Shown here: positions 40,601 through 49,200 of the stretch, in pieces
Numbering within the stretch: the first letter of the stretch is position 1
How the letters are laid out: every line of letters starts with the position of its first letter
Program-made: the position numbers and the translations under genes
Assembly: GCA_963827235.1 (NCBI GenBank)
Contig: CAWHAE010000012.1
Coordinates: 1,376,001-1,440,000 of the forward strand
Direction of reading: 5' to 3'
DNA: 64,000 bases
From: an uncultured bacterium
Lineage (GTDB): Bacteria; Chloroflexota; UBA5177; JANWHV01
Notes under the pieces: generated by a model
What the model was told of the DNA's origin: nothing
Database searches by the model: none
Seen by the model: the letters and a program-made list of their open reading frames with translations, nothing else

Positions 40601-41263
40601 GTAGAAGCTGAGCACCAGGCCGCCGATCAGAGAGTAGAACCGGGTGCCTGCCGTGTATGAAACCATGGACATGGCGGGTATCGGCGAGAAGCCAGCCACG
40701 CGATCGGGTCCGTAGCGCCGGATCGTGTACACGTGCGCGGCGGCAACGAGCTCGGCAGCCTCGCCCCACGACGCGCGAACGAAGCCGCCCTTGCCGCGCT
40801 GTGACTTGTACCGGCGAGCCTTCACGGGGTCCTCCACGATCGAGGCCCAGGCTGCCACCGGGTTGTCCGTTCGGGCACGTGCCTCCCGGTACAGCTCGAT
40901 CAGCGAGCCGCGCACGTAGGGGTACTTCACGCGCAGGGGCGAGTACGTGTACCAGGAGAAGGACGCACCGCGCGGGCAGCCGCGCGGCTCGTACTCCGGC
41001 ACGTCCGGGCCATTCGAGGGATAGTCGGTCTGCTGCGTCTCCCAGGTGATGATCCCGTCCTTGACGTAGACCTTCCACGAGCAGGAGCCCGTGCAATTCA
41101 CACCGTGGGTAGAGCGCACGATCTTGTCATGCTGCCAGCGCTGGCGATAGAACGACTCCCACTCCCTGCCTTGGGTGGTCAGCTCGCTCCACTCGCTCTC
41201 CGAGCGTTCGCCGCGGTCGAAGAACCGCGGTACGTGCAGCCAGGGCTTCGTCGTCTCCGGCAT
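37601..41263 (-). CDS. narG: nitrate reductase alpha subunit
   Basis: RSTHGVNCTGSCSW, EPRGCPRG, 1220 aa, no Tat signal. Confidence 0.97.
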   Translation of the reverse strand: MPETTKPWLHVPRFFDRGERSESEWSELTTQGREWESFYRQRWQHDKIVRSTHGVNCTGSCSWKVYVKDGIITWETQQTDYPSNGPDVPEYEPRGCPRGASFSWYTYSPLRVKYPYVRGSLIELYREARARTDNPVAAWASIVEDPVKARRYKSQRGKGGFVRASWGEAAELVAAAHVYTIRRYGPDRVAGFSPIPAMSMVSYTAGTRFYSLIGGLVLSFYDWYADLPPASPQMWGDQTDVPESADWWNCTYLMLWGSNVPITRTPDAHFMTEARYKGQKVVVVSPDYSAHVKFADHWLPAQPGTDGALAMAMGHVILKEFFVDRQTPYFHDYVRRFTDLPCLVTMRARGDAFVPDRFLRTSDLGDAAEHAEWKTVVYDVAGERPVVPNGSIGFRWGEQGAGRWNLDPGEADPALTLYGRHDALVPIDLPRFDRGESEGGGIHRRGVPVKQIGSQLVTTVYDLLLAQYGVGRPDLPGDWPSSYDDPSPYTPTWQQEITGVDAALVTRIAREFARNAERTNGRSMIVMGAGTNHWYHSDQIYRAMLALVVLCGCQGVNGGGWAHYVGQEKVRPVTGWSQVAFAADWVRPTRHQATTPFWYLATDQWRYEQLGPADLASPLGRGTFEGMHFADCNAQAARLGWLPSFPSFNRNPLDLADEAVQAGLPAADYIVQELQAGRLRFAAEDPDAPENFPRVLTLWRGNLLGSSSKGHEYFLKHLLGVENAAVRAGEQPPEGRPRDVVWHEQAPQGKLDLLTTLDFRMTGSCLYSDVVLPAATWYEKYDISSTDMHPFLHSFNPAISPPWETRTDWDIFAAIARAFSDLAREELGVRADLIAAPLLHDSPDELAQPLGRVLDWRRGECAPVPGRTMPKLIQVERDYGAVAEKMHALGPLVETLGTGTKGISWKPDREIDYLRLRNGIVPSGAGTGRPALERAEHVCEAILALSGTSNGRLAVAGFAALEQRTGTALVDLASDRGHEQLTFADLQVQPRKAITSAEWSGIERGDRRYSPFTVNVERSVPWRTLTGRQQFYVDHQWIMEYGEGLPVYRPPLNLPRHLGPLGTGEAGRAEVTVRYLTPHSKWSIHSEYQDNLHMLTLFRGGPVIWMSVEDARRTGVEDNDWIEAFNKNGVVACRAVVSHRVPAGTAIMYHAQDRHVNVPRTELSGTRGGTDNSLTKIYVKPTHMIGGYAQLSYGFNYYGPTGTQRDELTVIRKRQQEVVY

Positions 41264-41329
41264 GGCAGGATCCTCTTGCTAGGGCATAGCGCCGGCTGAT
41301 GCGCTCCCGCCGGTGCTTGCGCGGTCGAC

Positions 41330-42496
41330 TCAGTAGGCGGGCGTCAGACTCGCCGGCGTGGCAGGCGTCCGCACAAATACGGCGAGATGGAGTGCAAAGG
41401 CACCCAGGGCGAAAAGCGACAGCATCAGGAAGCCAATTGTATAGCTGCCGGTAGCCTGTTTCAAGATCCCGAGCACGACCGGCGGGAAGAAGCCGCCGAG
41501 CCCGCCGATCGCGCCCACCAGGCCCGTTATGGTGCCGACCTCCGTCGGGAAATGCTCGGGCACCAGCCGGAACACGGCACCGCTTCCCAGTCCGAGCACG
41601 GCAGCCACGCCGAGCGCGCCGGCCGCGAAGACCACGATGTTGGCCGACATGAGCAGCAGGGCAAGAGCAGCTACCAGGGGGAAGACGGCGCTCAGCACGC
41701 GTGTGCCGCCCACGCGGTCGGCCAGCCAGCCGCCGACCGGGCGCATGAGCACCGCCGCGACCACGAACCCGGCCGTTCGCAAGCCGGCATCGTCGGCCGT
41801 GAGGGCGAAGCGGTTCTTGAGCAAGGTGGGAAGGTAGACGCCCATGGCCACGAACGCGCCGAAGGTGATGAAGTAGAAGAAGGCGAGCACCCAGGAGAGG
41901 TGCTCCCGGGCCAGCAGGTGGAGGCTATGACTGAGCGGCACCGCTTGCCCCGGGCGAGCGTCGTGCGCCAGAGTCCAGTAGACGCCCGCCCAGACGAGGC
42001 TGGTCAGACCGAAGATCCAGAACACGGCCTCCCAGGGCATTACCCTGGCCAGGCGCGGCCCAAAGAAGACGGCGATCGATTGGCCGCCCGTGCCGAGGCC
42101 GTAGAGTCCCAGCGCCACTCCTTGCTTCTCCGCCGAAAACCACTTGGTGGTGAAGCTCACGCCCACGACGAAGCTGGAGCCCGACACACCCAGGAACAGG
42201 CCGCCCACCAGGAGCGCGGCGTAGGTGTGAACGAGCGCAATGCAGGCCGCCGGCAGGATGGCAAATGCCATCAGCAGGCTGAAGACGAGACGGCCGCCAT
42301 AGCGATCCGCGAGGATTCCCATCGGCAGGCGCAGCAACGCGCCGAGGATCACGGGAATGGCGACTGCCAGCGCGACCTGAAAGTCGCTCAAGTGGTAGAC
42401 ATCCTTGAAGCGCGGACCGAGGGCACCGACCAGGCCCCAAACCGAAAACGAGATCATGAACGCCAGGGTGGTGAGAAAGAGCTGTCGATCGCGCAT
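41330..42496 (-). CDS. narK: nitrate/nitrite MFS transporter
   Basis: GILADRYGGR, GLVGAIGGLGGFFPP, first gene of the nar operon. Confidence 0.9.
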   Translation of the reverse strand: MRDRQLFLTTLAFMISFSVWGLVGALGPRFKDVYHLSDFQVALAVAIPVILGALLRLPMGILADRYGGRLVFSLLMAFAILPAACIALVHTYAALLVGGLFLGVSGSSFVVGVSFTTKWFSAEKQGVALGLYGLGTGGQSIAVFFGPRLARVMPWEAVFWIFGLTSLVWAGVYWTLAHDARPGQAVPLSHSLHLLAREHLSWVLAFFYFITFGAFVAMGVYLPTLLKNRFALTADDAGLRTAGFVVAAVLMRPVGGWLADRVGGTRVLSAVFPLVAALALLLMSANIVVFAAGALGVAAVLGLGSGAVFRLVPEHFPTEVGTITGLVGAIGGLGGFFPPVVLGILKQATGSYTIGFLMLSLFALGAFALHLAVFVRTPATPASLTPAY

Positions 42497-42608
42497 TCCC
42501 AGTGTTCCCTCCGGCTTTGCCCGCGACGAGCATGCCGTGCGGACGCCAATATGCTCGCTCAGTGATATGCTTGACCGGCAACGCGTCGTATCGCATCGCG
42601 GTACGAAT

Positions 42609-42651
42609 ACTATAGGCTCTCCCGATCGGGGTGCAAGTGACGTAAGTCACA
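42609..42651 (-). promoter_or_regulatory. Fnr/Crp-type box and -10 of the narK promoter
   Basis: AGTGA-CGTAAG-TCACA at 42636-42651 and minus-strand TATAGT at 42614-42609. Confidence 0.75.
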
Positions 42652-42656
42652 CTGGG

Positions 42657-43322
42657 GTGTCTCGGGTGATCGAGGATCGGCGGCCGACCGCGGTCATTCT
42701 GGCCGGGGGCAGGTCGCGGCGCATGGGAAGCGACAAAGCCCTGCTCAGGCTGCCGGACGGCCGCACGGCGGTCGAGGCCGTCGCGGCGGCAGCACGTCCC
42801 GCGGCAAGCCGTCTGCTGCTCGCGGTGGATTCGCCGGCCCATGCCGATGCGCTCCGCGCGGCAATGCGTGAGCCGCTCGAGCTGCTTCTGGATCCGCTGC
42901 CCGGCGAAGGGCCGCTGATCACGCTGGCCGCGGCGCTGAGCCGGGCCGCCGGCCCGGCGGTCGTGCTGCTGGCGGTGGACATGCCTCTCGTGTCCTCGGC
43001 GCTGATCCGGGCCCTGCACGAGACCTGGATCGCGGAGGACGGCGCAGGCATGCACGTCGTGGCGCCGTTTGTCGACGGCATCGTGCAGCCCATGCCGGCC
43101 TGCTATGCCTCGGCGCTCAGCGGCACGGCGGACCGGCTGATTCGGGCCGGCGAGCGGTCGTTGCGCGCCCTTCTGCAAGCGCCGGCTGTCCGGCTGTGCA
43201 CGCTGGACGAGGCGGCGCTCAGGCGCGCCGATCCGGACCTGGCAAGCATGGCCAGGGCAGACACGCCCGAGGCATGGGAGCGGATCTGTGCCAGGGCAGG
43301 GCGCCGCAACACATCGCCGTGA
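42657..43322 (+). CDS. mobA: molybdenum cofactor guanylyltransferase
   Basis: VILAGGRSRRMGSDKA, GEGPL, AVDMP. Confidence 0.9.
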   Translation: MSRVIEDRRPTAVILAGGRSRRMGSDKALLRLPDGRTAVEAVAAAARPAASRLLLAVDSPAHADALRAAMREPLELLLDPLPGEGPLITLAAALSRAAGPAVVLLAVDMPLVSSALIRALHETWIAEDGAGMHVVAPFVDGIVQPMPACYASALSGTADRLIRAGERSLRALLQAPAVRLCTLDEAALRRADPDLASMARADTPEAWERICARAGRRNTSP

Positions 43323-43535
43323 TCGCCGGCATTGCCCACGGATACGCTCCTGCAGGAGAGCGATGTCTGGAGGCGAGTGTCGCCGAGGTCACGCAGGTCG
43401 TCACGCTCGATCGTTCATATCCGGGCGACGTCACCGGCAGGCTTCCCCGCGGGGCGCTCGCCGGGATTCACCTGGTTCTCTGCGACGAGGGTGCCATGGA
43501 TCTTGCAGAGGATCTTCTGCTGGTGCCGATCGCGT

Positions 43536-45665
43536 TCAGCGGGCGGCGCGCTCGTGCAGCCTGTCCGCCAGGTCGATCAGGCGATCGCGGTACTCGAGCT
43601 CGTCGAGCAAACGCCCCGGCAGACCTTCTTCACCGGCCAGCGCGCCGCCGAGCGTGCCGGTCATTGCCGCCAGTGTATCGGCGTTGGACGAAGCGGCGTT
43701 TGCCGCCAGCAAGAGGGCTGCCTCCAGGTCCCCGGCGTTGGCCAGGAAACAGTAGAACGCGCTCGGCACGCTCTCGAGCACGGGCTGGTCGCAGCACAGA
43801 GCGGGCAGCGCTTGAGCGGCGGGCCGGTCCAGCAGCGCCGGCAGATCCCCGATCCGGTCGTACAGCGTGACTGTATCGACGTCGGCGGCGCGGCGCGGCT
43901 CTACGCCGGCGATAGCGGCCTGTACCGCCTGCACGAAGCCCTGCACGGTCCAGTGCCCCGGTTCCTGCGCCACCAGCCAGCCGGTCGCCGCCGCCATGGC
44001 TACCGACCCCGCCACGGCCAGCGGCAGACGATGCGTCGGCAGCGCGGCCAACATCGCCTCCGTGCGAAGCAGGCCGGAGTTGTAGTAGCGGAGCAGTCCG
44101 ATCGGCGCCGCTCGCGCGGCCGCCCCGCTGCCGGCGCTCTCATCGCCTGCCAGGTACCAGGGCACACCCTCTCGCAGCCGCAACATCGCCGATTCGGTAG
44201 CCGTGCGCTTGCCGCGTCCGATCGGCAGCCAGTCGACCAAGCGGCGCGCCAGATCCTCGGGATCCAGTCTGCCGGTGCCGAGCAGGCTCTCGGCAACCAG
44301 CATGGTGAGCTGAGTTTCGTCGGTGACCGTGCCGTTGGGTCCGCTCATGTAGCCGCGCCAGGGAGCGTACTCGGCAATCGGCCAGGGCGGGACGTATTGT
44401 GGTCTCGCGTTGCGCTTCGCAGAGCGCCCAAGCGCGTCGCCGATCGCACCGCCCACCAGCGCGGCGCGAAAGCGGCCGCGACGCAGAGCATGACCCATCA
44501 GACGCGACGGCATGTGATCGATCGGCATGGTCAGATCGGCGACGGCCGCGCCGCCATCCGATGGAACGGTCTCACCGGCGCTGCGCGACTGGTCAGCTGC
44601 CGCCGCTGCCTGCCGCTTTGCGCGGCCGCCTGCCCCCTCCCTGACGAGCTGCTCGCCCAGCGGCATCGTCTGCCCGGGCCAATAGATCTCGGGACGCGGA
44701 TGGCGCACGCCGGGAGCTTCCCGTGCGGGCCGGCAGTTGAGCACCGTCGAGCGCCAGTGCTCGGGAATGGCGGCGTAGCCATGCACGGCGCCCAGCAGTG
44801 CCCCGGCAACGGCCACGTTTGTGTCGGTGTCGCCGCCGCCACGCACCGTATCGACCAGCCCTTCCTCGAAGGAAGGTGCGTGAACGGCCTGGTAAAAGGC
44901 ATTCTGCAGCGCGATCAGCACGTGACCCTCGTTCGTCTCGAACGAGGGAAGCCGCGATGTGGCGGCTTCCAGGGCAGCCGTTACCGAGGGGCTGCCGCCA
45001 TGCTGCCGATTCCAGGCATAGGCCTTCTCGTACGTCGCCCGGCCGCCCAGTCCGCCCCGAACCGCTGCCGCGATGGCGACCACAAAGGCGGCCGAGGCAT
45101 CCTGGCATACCTGGTTCGGGTGCGTGAGCGCGGTATCCATGGCCACGATCGCAGCAAGATCCTCGGTCGCCAGCTGCCATCCCCAAAGGGCCAGTGGACC
45201 CTGCCGCATGAGCGCGCCGTTCGCCTGGCTCGATCTGCTGGCTGCTGCCTTGCCGGCCTCGGCCAGCGATGCGCTGCCGTTCAGCCGTGTGGTGCGCATG
45301 GCCGCCAGCGAGCGCCGGATGGTGGTGCCCACGTCGAACGGATTGCTCATCAGCCAATCGACATATGCCCCGGCCACTGCCTCCTGCTCGTAGCCGCCGC
45401 GGTCCACGAGCGCGTAGGCCAGGGCCAGAGCCAGCTCGTCGGTCGGCTGTCCCGCGATCGTGCCATGGACGACGCTTGGTCCCAGCACGCGGAGACCGCC
45501 GGGATAGAAAGCGCGGATTTCCACGCTGGAGACAAACTTGACCATGCTGCCGAGGGCGTTCCCCACGAACTGGCCGAGCAGGCAGCCCCGGGCGCGTTCG
45601 ACGACTTCGTCCGGCGCCAAGCCGGTGCCGCCGTCGTCTTCGGCCGGCGAGCGGTCAACGTCCAT
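43536..45665 (-). CDS. tandem ADP-ribosylglycohydrolase (two DraG/ARH domains)
   Basis: Domain 1: GNALG, GQPTDE, SQANGALMR, GGDTDT. Domain 2: GDALG, VTDETQL, SAGSGAAAR, NADT. Confidence 0.85.
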   Translation of the reverse strand: MDVDRSPAEDDGGTGLAPDEVVERARGCLLGQFVGNALGSMVKFVSSVEIRAFYPGGLRVLGPSVVHGTIAGQPTDELALALAYALVDRGGYEQEAVAGAYVDWLMSNPFDVGTTIRRSLAAMRTTRLNGSASLAEAGKAAASRSSQANGALMRQGPLALWGWQLATEDLAAIVAMDTALTHPNQVCQDASAAFVVAIAAAVRGGLGGRATYEKAYAWNRQHGGSPSVTAALEAATSRLPSFETNEGHVLIALQNAFYQAVHAPSFEEGLVDTVRGGGDTDTNVAVAGALLGAVHGYAAIPEHWRSTVLNCRPAREAPGVRHPRPEIYWPGQTMPLGEQLVREGAGGRAKRQAAAAADQSRSAGETVPSDGGAAVADLTMPIDHMPSRLMGHALRRGRFRAALVGGAIGDALGRSAKRNARPQYVPPWPIAEYAPWRGYMSGPNGTVTDETQLTMLVAESLLGTGRLDPEDLARRLVDWLPIGRGKRTATESAMLRLREGVPWYLAGDESAGSGAAARAAPIGLLRYYNSGLLRTEAMLAALPTHRLPLAVAGSVAMAAATGWLVAQEPGHWTVQGFVQAVQAAIAGVEPRRAADVDTVTLYDRIGDLPALLDRPAAQALPALCCDQPVLESVPSAFYCFLANAGDLEAALLLAANAASSNADTLAAMTGTLGGALAGEEGLPGRLLDELEYRDRLIDLADRLHERAAR

Positions 45666-45966
45666 AGTGGTATCACCTCTCATCCCGGAGGACTCGCGTC
45701 GAGGAGGGCCGGCACGCCTCACTACGGGCCGGGCCCAGCACGTTCACTCTCCAGGATAACGCGTCTACGGCCCGAACTCCGCGCCTGTGGGCAGAGTGGC
45801 AGCGTAGTTTGCTTCCTTCAAGATAGGGGGTGGCGGCTCGGAAAGGCAGTTAGTAGCCGGTACCTGGGGCGGTCGGGCGCTGCACTGGCGTAGAATCTCG
45901 CGGCCGCCGAGGTGCTGGACATCATGTCGCGGCGGTGAAGCGGGAGGCCTGCCGGAGCGATGCGGC

Positions 45967-47016
45967 TCAGGATCCCGGTGACTTCGTGGGCGGAGCGCAC
46001 GAATCTCGCACGATGAGGTCGGTCTCCAGCGAGTAGTGACGCGGCTGGATCTCATCCTCCTCGGCCGTCAGGCGTGAGATGAGCCGTTCGGCAGCCTGCT
46101 TGCCCAGCGTGTAGACGGGCTGCTCCACCACGGTGATGCGGGGCCGCACCATGGACATCCAGTCCACGTCGTCGAAGCCGACCAGCGAGATCTCCGCCGG
46201 CATCTCCAGATCGCGCGCCTGGATGGCGAACAACGTGCCGGCCGTGATGATGCTGTCGGTGGCGAACACTGCCGTCGGGCGGATAGCGGCCGGCAAGTCG
46301 AGCAGCTGAGCCGTCCTGGACTGGGCGTTGGATCGGCTTCCGTCGCTGATCCGGATCCAGCGGTCCACGTCCGTGACGCCGACGTCGGCGAGAGCCTGGC
46401 GATAGCCCGCCAGGCGCTCCGCGCCGGTGGTCGTGGTCACCCCTCCCGTCAGCAGGCCGATTCGTCGATGCCCCAGCGTGGTGAGGTAGTTCACGGCGCG
46501 CCAGGAGGCGGCGAAATTGTTGACAAGCACCGTGTCGGCCGCCACGCCCGCGATCGGCCGGTCGAGCAGGACTATGGGGATGTGCCGTTCCAGCAGGGGC
46601 ACGAGGTGCCCGCTCTCCGTGCTCGAGCACGGCACCACGATTATCCCGTCCACTCGCTTCTCGAACAGCACGCGCACCGCTTCTATCTCGCGCTCCACGT
46701 TCTCGTCGGTGTTGAGAAGGAGCACGTCGTAGCCCTGGGCGCGGGCGACGTCGGTCACGGCACGGGCGATGCGGGCGAAGAAGAAATTCTCGATGTCCGA
46801 CACCACGAGGCCCAGGGTGCGGGTGCTGCGCGTGACCATGCTGCGTGCCAGGGCATTGGTGCGATAGCCGAGCTCATCGGCGGCGGCCAGCACGCGATCT
46901 CGCGTGGCGGGGTTAATCCTGCCATACGAGCCCAGGGCCCTTGCAGCGGTTGCCTGGCCCACGTTGGCGTGGCGGGCGACGTCTTTCAGTGTGACCGATA
47001 CGTGCCTTCTCACCAA
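45967..47016 (-). CDS. LacI-family repressor
   Basis: VTLKDVARHANVGQATAARAL, ISLVGFDD. Confidence 0.93.
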   Translation of the reverse strand: MVRRHVSVTLKDVARHANVGQATAARALGSYGRINPATRDRVLAAADELGYRTNALARSMVTRSTRTLGLVVSDIENFFFARIARAVTDVARAQGYDVLLLNTDENVEREIEAVRVLFEKRVDGIIVVPCSSTESGHLVPLLERHIPIVLLDRPIAGVAADTVLVNNFAASWRAVNYLTTLGHRRIGLLTGGVTTTTGAERLAGYRQALADVGVTDVDRWIRISDGSRSNAQSRTAQLLDLPAAIRPTAVFATDSIITAGTLFAIQARDLEMPAEISLVGFDDVDWMSMVRPRITVVEQPVYTLGKQAAERLISRLTAEEDEIQPRHYSLETDLIVRDSCAPPTKSPGS

Positions 47017-47148
47017 GCCTCAGTCTCCTTCGTGTGCCGGCAGGTCCCGAGCGCATGCTACCAACAGCGTAACCGCTACTGCCGATCGGGGAACACCGCC
47101 TGCCCGGCGTCGTGCTCGATCCGGTGGCGCGGCCCACCGCCATTGACC

Positions 47149-47249
47149 TTGACAAGGGCCATCTCCCCCACTATGATAGCGCTATCGCAACTTGCTTGAT
47201 CGCTATCGTAGAGGCAATACGTCTTCCAGGCCGTGATAGCGCTATCACG
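47149..47249 (+). promoter_or_regulatory. promoter with LacI-type operators, copy 1
   Basis: TTGACA(47149)-17-TATGAT(47172), TGATAGCGCTATC overlapping the -10, and perfect palindrome CGTGATAGCGCTATCACG at 47232-47249. Confidence 0.85.
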
Positions 47250-47319
47250 CTGCTCGCAGGGGTTGCCGCCGGGTATGGCATGGGAGCGAGCAATTCCACC
47301 AGCTCGAGGTATTCATCTC

Positions 47320-47706
47320 GTGCCCGATACACCGGCCCCGTCGCCGCCGATCCAGGCAGACTACCTGGACGCACTGGGATTCGCGCTCTCGCGACGACCC
47401 CAGTTCGGGAACCGGACGGCCGGCTCGCGCAGGGCCAGCATCACCAACGCCTCACTCGCCGACCGCGGAGGCTCGCCGGGCGGCTTGCATCACGGTGAGC
47501 TCTTATACGGCCAGCGCGCTACGATGCTCACCATCCGCACCACGACCGGCGCCGCGATACCTGCTGGAATGCCGGGAGCGCTCGGCGGCGGGACGCTCGT
47601 TCAGGTCGCCTCGCGCGCGAGCACGGCCCCGGAGGCCTCCGGGGTAAGGAGAATCGCACGTTCCGCGTGCGCGTGCGTGCTCGTGCCCAGCCGCTTGCCG
47701 TGCTGA
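47320..47706 (+). pseudogene. diverged duplicate of the frlB 5' end
   Basis: PPIQADYLDAL...ITN...LVQVAS...PE is colinear with frlB codons 1 to about 106. Confidence 0.75.
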
Positions 47707-48941
47707 CCGCCGGATACGCTGCCAGACTGGGCAGGGGTGGTGCGGTTCCTCTTCTCCTGCTCTCGCAGATCTTCCTGAACATCGGCATCGGGACCTATGG
47801 CGTCCTGTACAACCTTTGCCTCACCGCGTTCGGTCAGCCGCTGGCCTTCATAGGCGTCTTCAATGCGGTCAGCCTTCTGTCGTTAGGGGCGAGTGCCATT
47901 CCCATCGGCGCCCTCACGCACCGTATCGGCCACCGGCGCATGCTGAGCACCGGAGCCGTGCTGCTGGTCGTGGTCCAGGTGGTGTTGGCCGTTACCACGG
48001 AGCCCGCCACGCTGATCGCAGCCAGCATGCTCTGGGGGATCGCCCAGGCACTGACCGTCGTGCCGGTGGCGCCGTTGCTCAGCGAGAGCGTCCCGGTGAT
48101 GCAACAGGCCAGCGTATTCGGCAGATTGTTTGCCGCCTGGTCCCTCGCCGCCGTGGTGGGCAGCATCCTGGGCGGCGCCCTGCCCGGCATGCTGGCCGCG
48201 TTGTTCCCGCTCGGGCAGGCAAGTGGAGCAGCAGCATATCGCAGCGCCTTGCTGGCCACCACACTCATCACCTTGTTGGGATGGCCCCTCTTGCTGGTGC
48301 CCACGCCCACGCGGAAGGAACAGAGCAGCCGGACCGAGGCGGACGAGCCGATGGGCTCCGGCTGGGCGCTACGCTCGGTCAGGCGTACCGCCGGTGCCGT
48401 GGCCGTGACGATGGCCCTCTACAGCTTCGCCTGCGGCCTGGTCGCTTCCTTCATGAACGTGTACTTCGCGGAGCACCTGCACCAATCCACGCTGGTCGTC
48501 GGCGTGCTCTTCGCGGTGGCCGCGCTGCTCGGCATGGTCGGCAGCCTGCTGGGACCCCGAGTGCGCCGGCGGTTGGGCAGCGTTCGAGCGGTGGCGGTCC
48601 TGAGGCTTGCCGTCGTGCCCTGCCTCCTGATCCTTACACTGGGGATGGTGTCCCCCTACGTGGCTATGCTCGGCTTCGCCTTGCGCTCGGCGCTGGTGTA
48701 CGCTGCCGGAGCGCTCGACTATCATTTCGCGCTGGCCGCCGTTCCGGCCCGGAGCCGGTCGTTGCTGTCCGGCCTGCGCACCGGTACGCTCAACGTCTTC
48801 TTTGCCCTGGGTACGTGGAGTGCCGGCTATCTCATCCCGCAAATGGGGTACCCGGCCCTGTTTCTGTGGAGCGCCGCCGTCACTGCGGTGAGCGGCCTGC
48901 TGTTTCTCGGCCTGTTTGGTGCGCCCCGAGCGGCTCGCTAA
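47667..48941 (+). CDS. MFS transporter
   Basis: About 12 hydrophobic segments, GALTHRIGHRR. Start uncertain. Confidence 0.8.
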   Translation: MRVRARAQPLAVLTAGYAARLGRGGAVPLLLLSQIFLNIGIGTYGVLYNLCLTAFGQPLAFIGVFNAVSLLSLGASAIPIGALTHRIGHRRMLSTGAVLLVVVQVVLAVTTEPATLIAASMLWGIAQALTVVPVAPLLSESVPVMQQASVFGRLFAAWSLAAVVGSILGGALPGMLAALFPLGQASGAAAYRSALLATTLITLLGWPLLLVPTPTRKEQSSRTEADEPMGSGWALRSVRRTAGAVAVTMALYSFACGLVASFMNVYFAEHLHQSTLVVGVLFAVAALLGMVGSLLGPRVRRRLGSVRAVAVLRLAVVPCLLILTLGMVSPYVAMLGFALRSALVYAAGALDYHFALAAVPARSRSLLSGLRTGTLNVFFALGTWSAGYLIPQMGYPALFLWSAAVTAVSGLLFLGLFGAPRAAR

Positions 48942-49016
48942 TCGCGGCGGCTGACTACCGGGCTCGCTCCGGCGGCCGGAGCCGGCGTGCGATACGGGCG
49001 CACGCCGTCGAAGGCC

Positions 49017-49117
49017 TTGACATGGGATGTCTCACTCGCTATGATAGCGCTATCGCAGCTTGTGAGATCGCTATCATCGGGCCCAAGACTGCGTTTCACG
49101 CTGTGATAGCGCTACCA
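49017..49117 (+). promoter_or_regulatory. frl promoter with LacI-type operators, copy 2
   Basis: TTGACA(49017)-17-TATGAT(49040), TGATAGCGCTATC and TGATAGCGCTACCA. Confidence 0.85.
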
Positions 49118-49200
49118 ATACTACTTCGCCGGGTTGCGTCTGGTTCCGCTACTGCAGTGCCGGAAACAGACGGCTCGCGCTAGCTCGAGGGAGGCATCTC

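Noticed and set aside
22981-45893. Very long alternative ORFs (e.g. 25867-28092, 28484-31234, 37715-40660, 43332-45893)
   Set aside because: They are antisense or off-frame shadows of well-supported genes, as expected in high-GC DNA.
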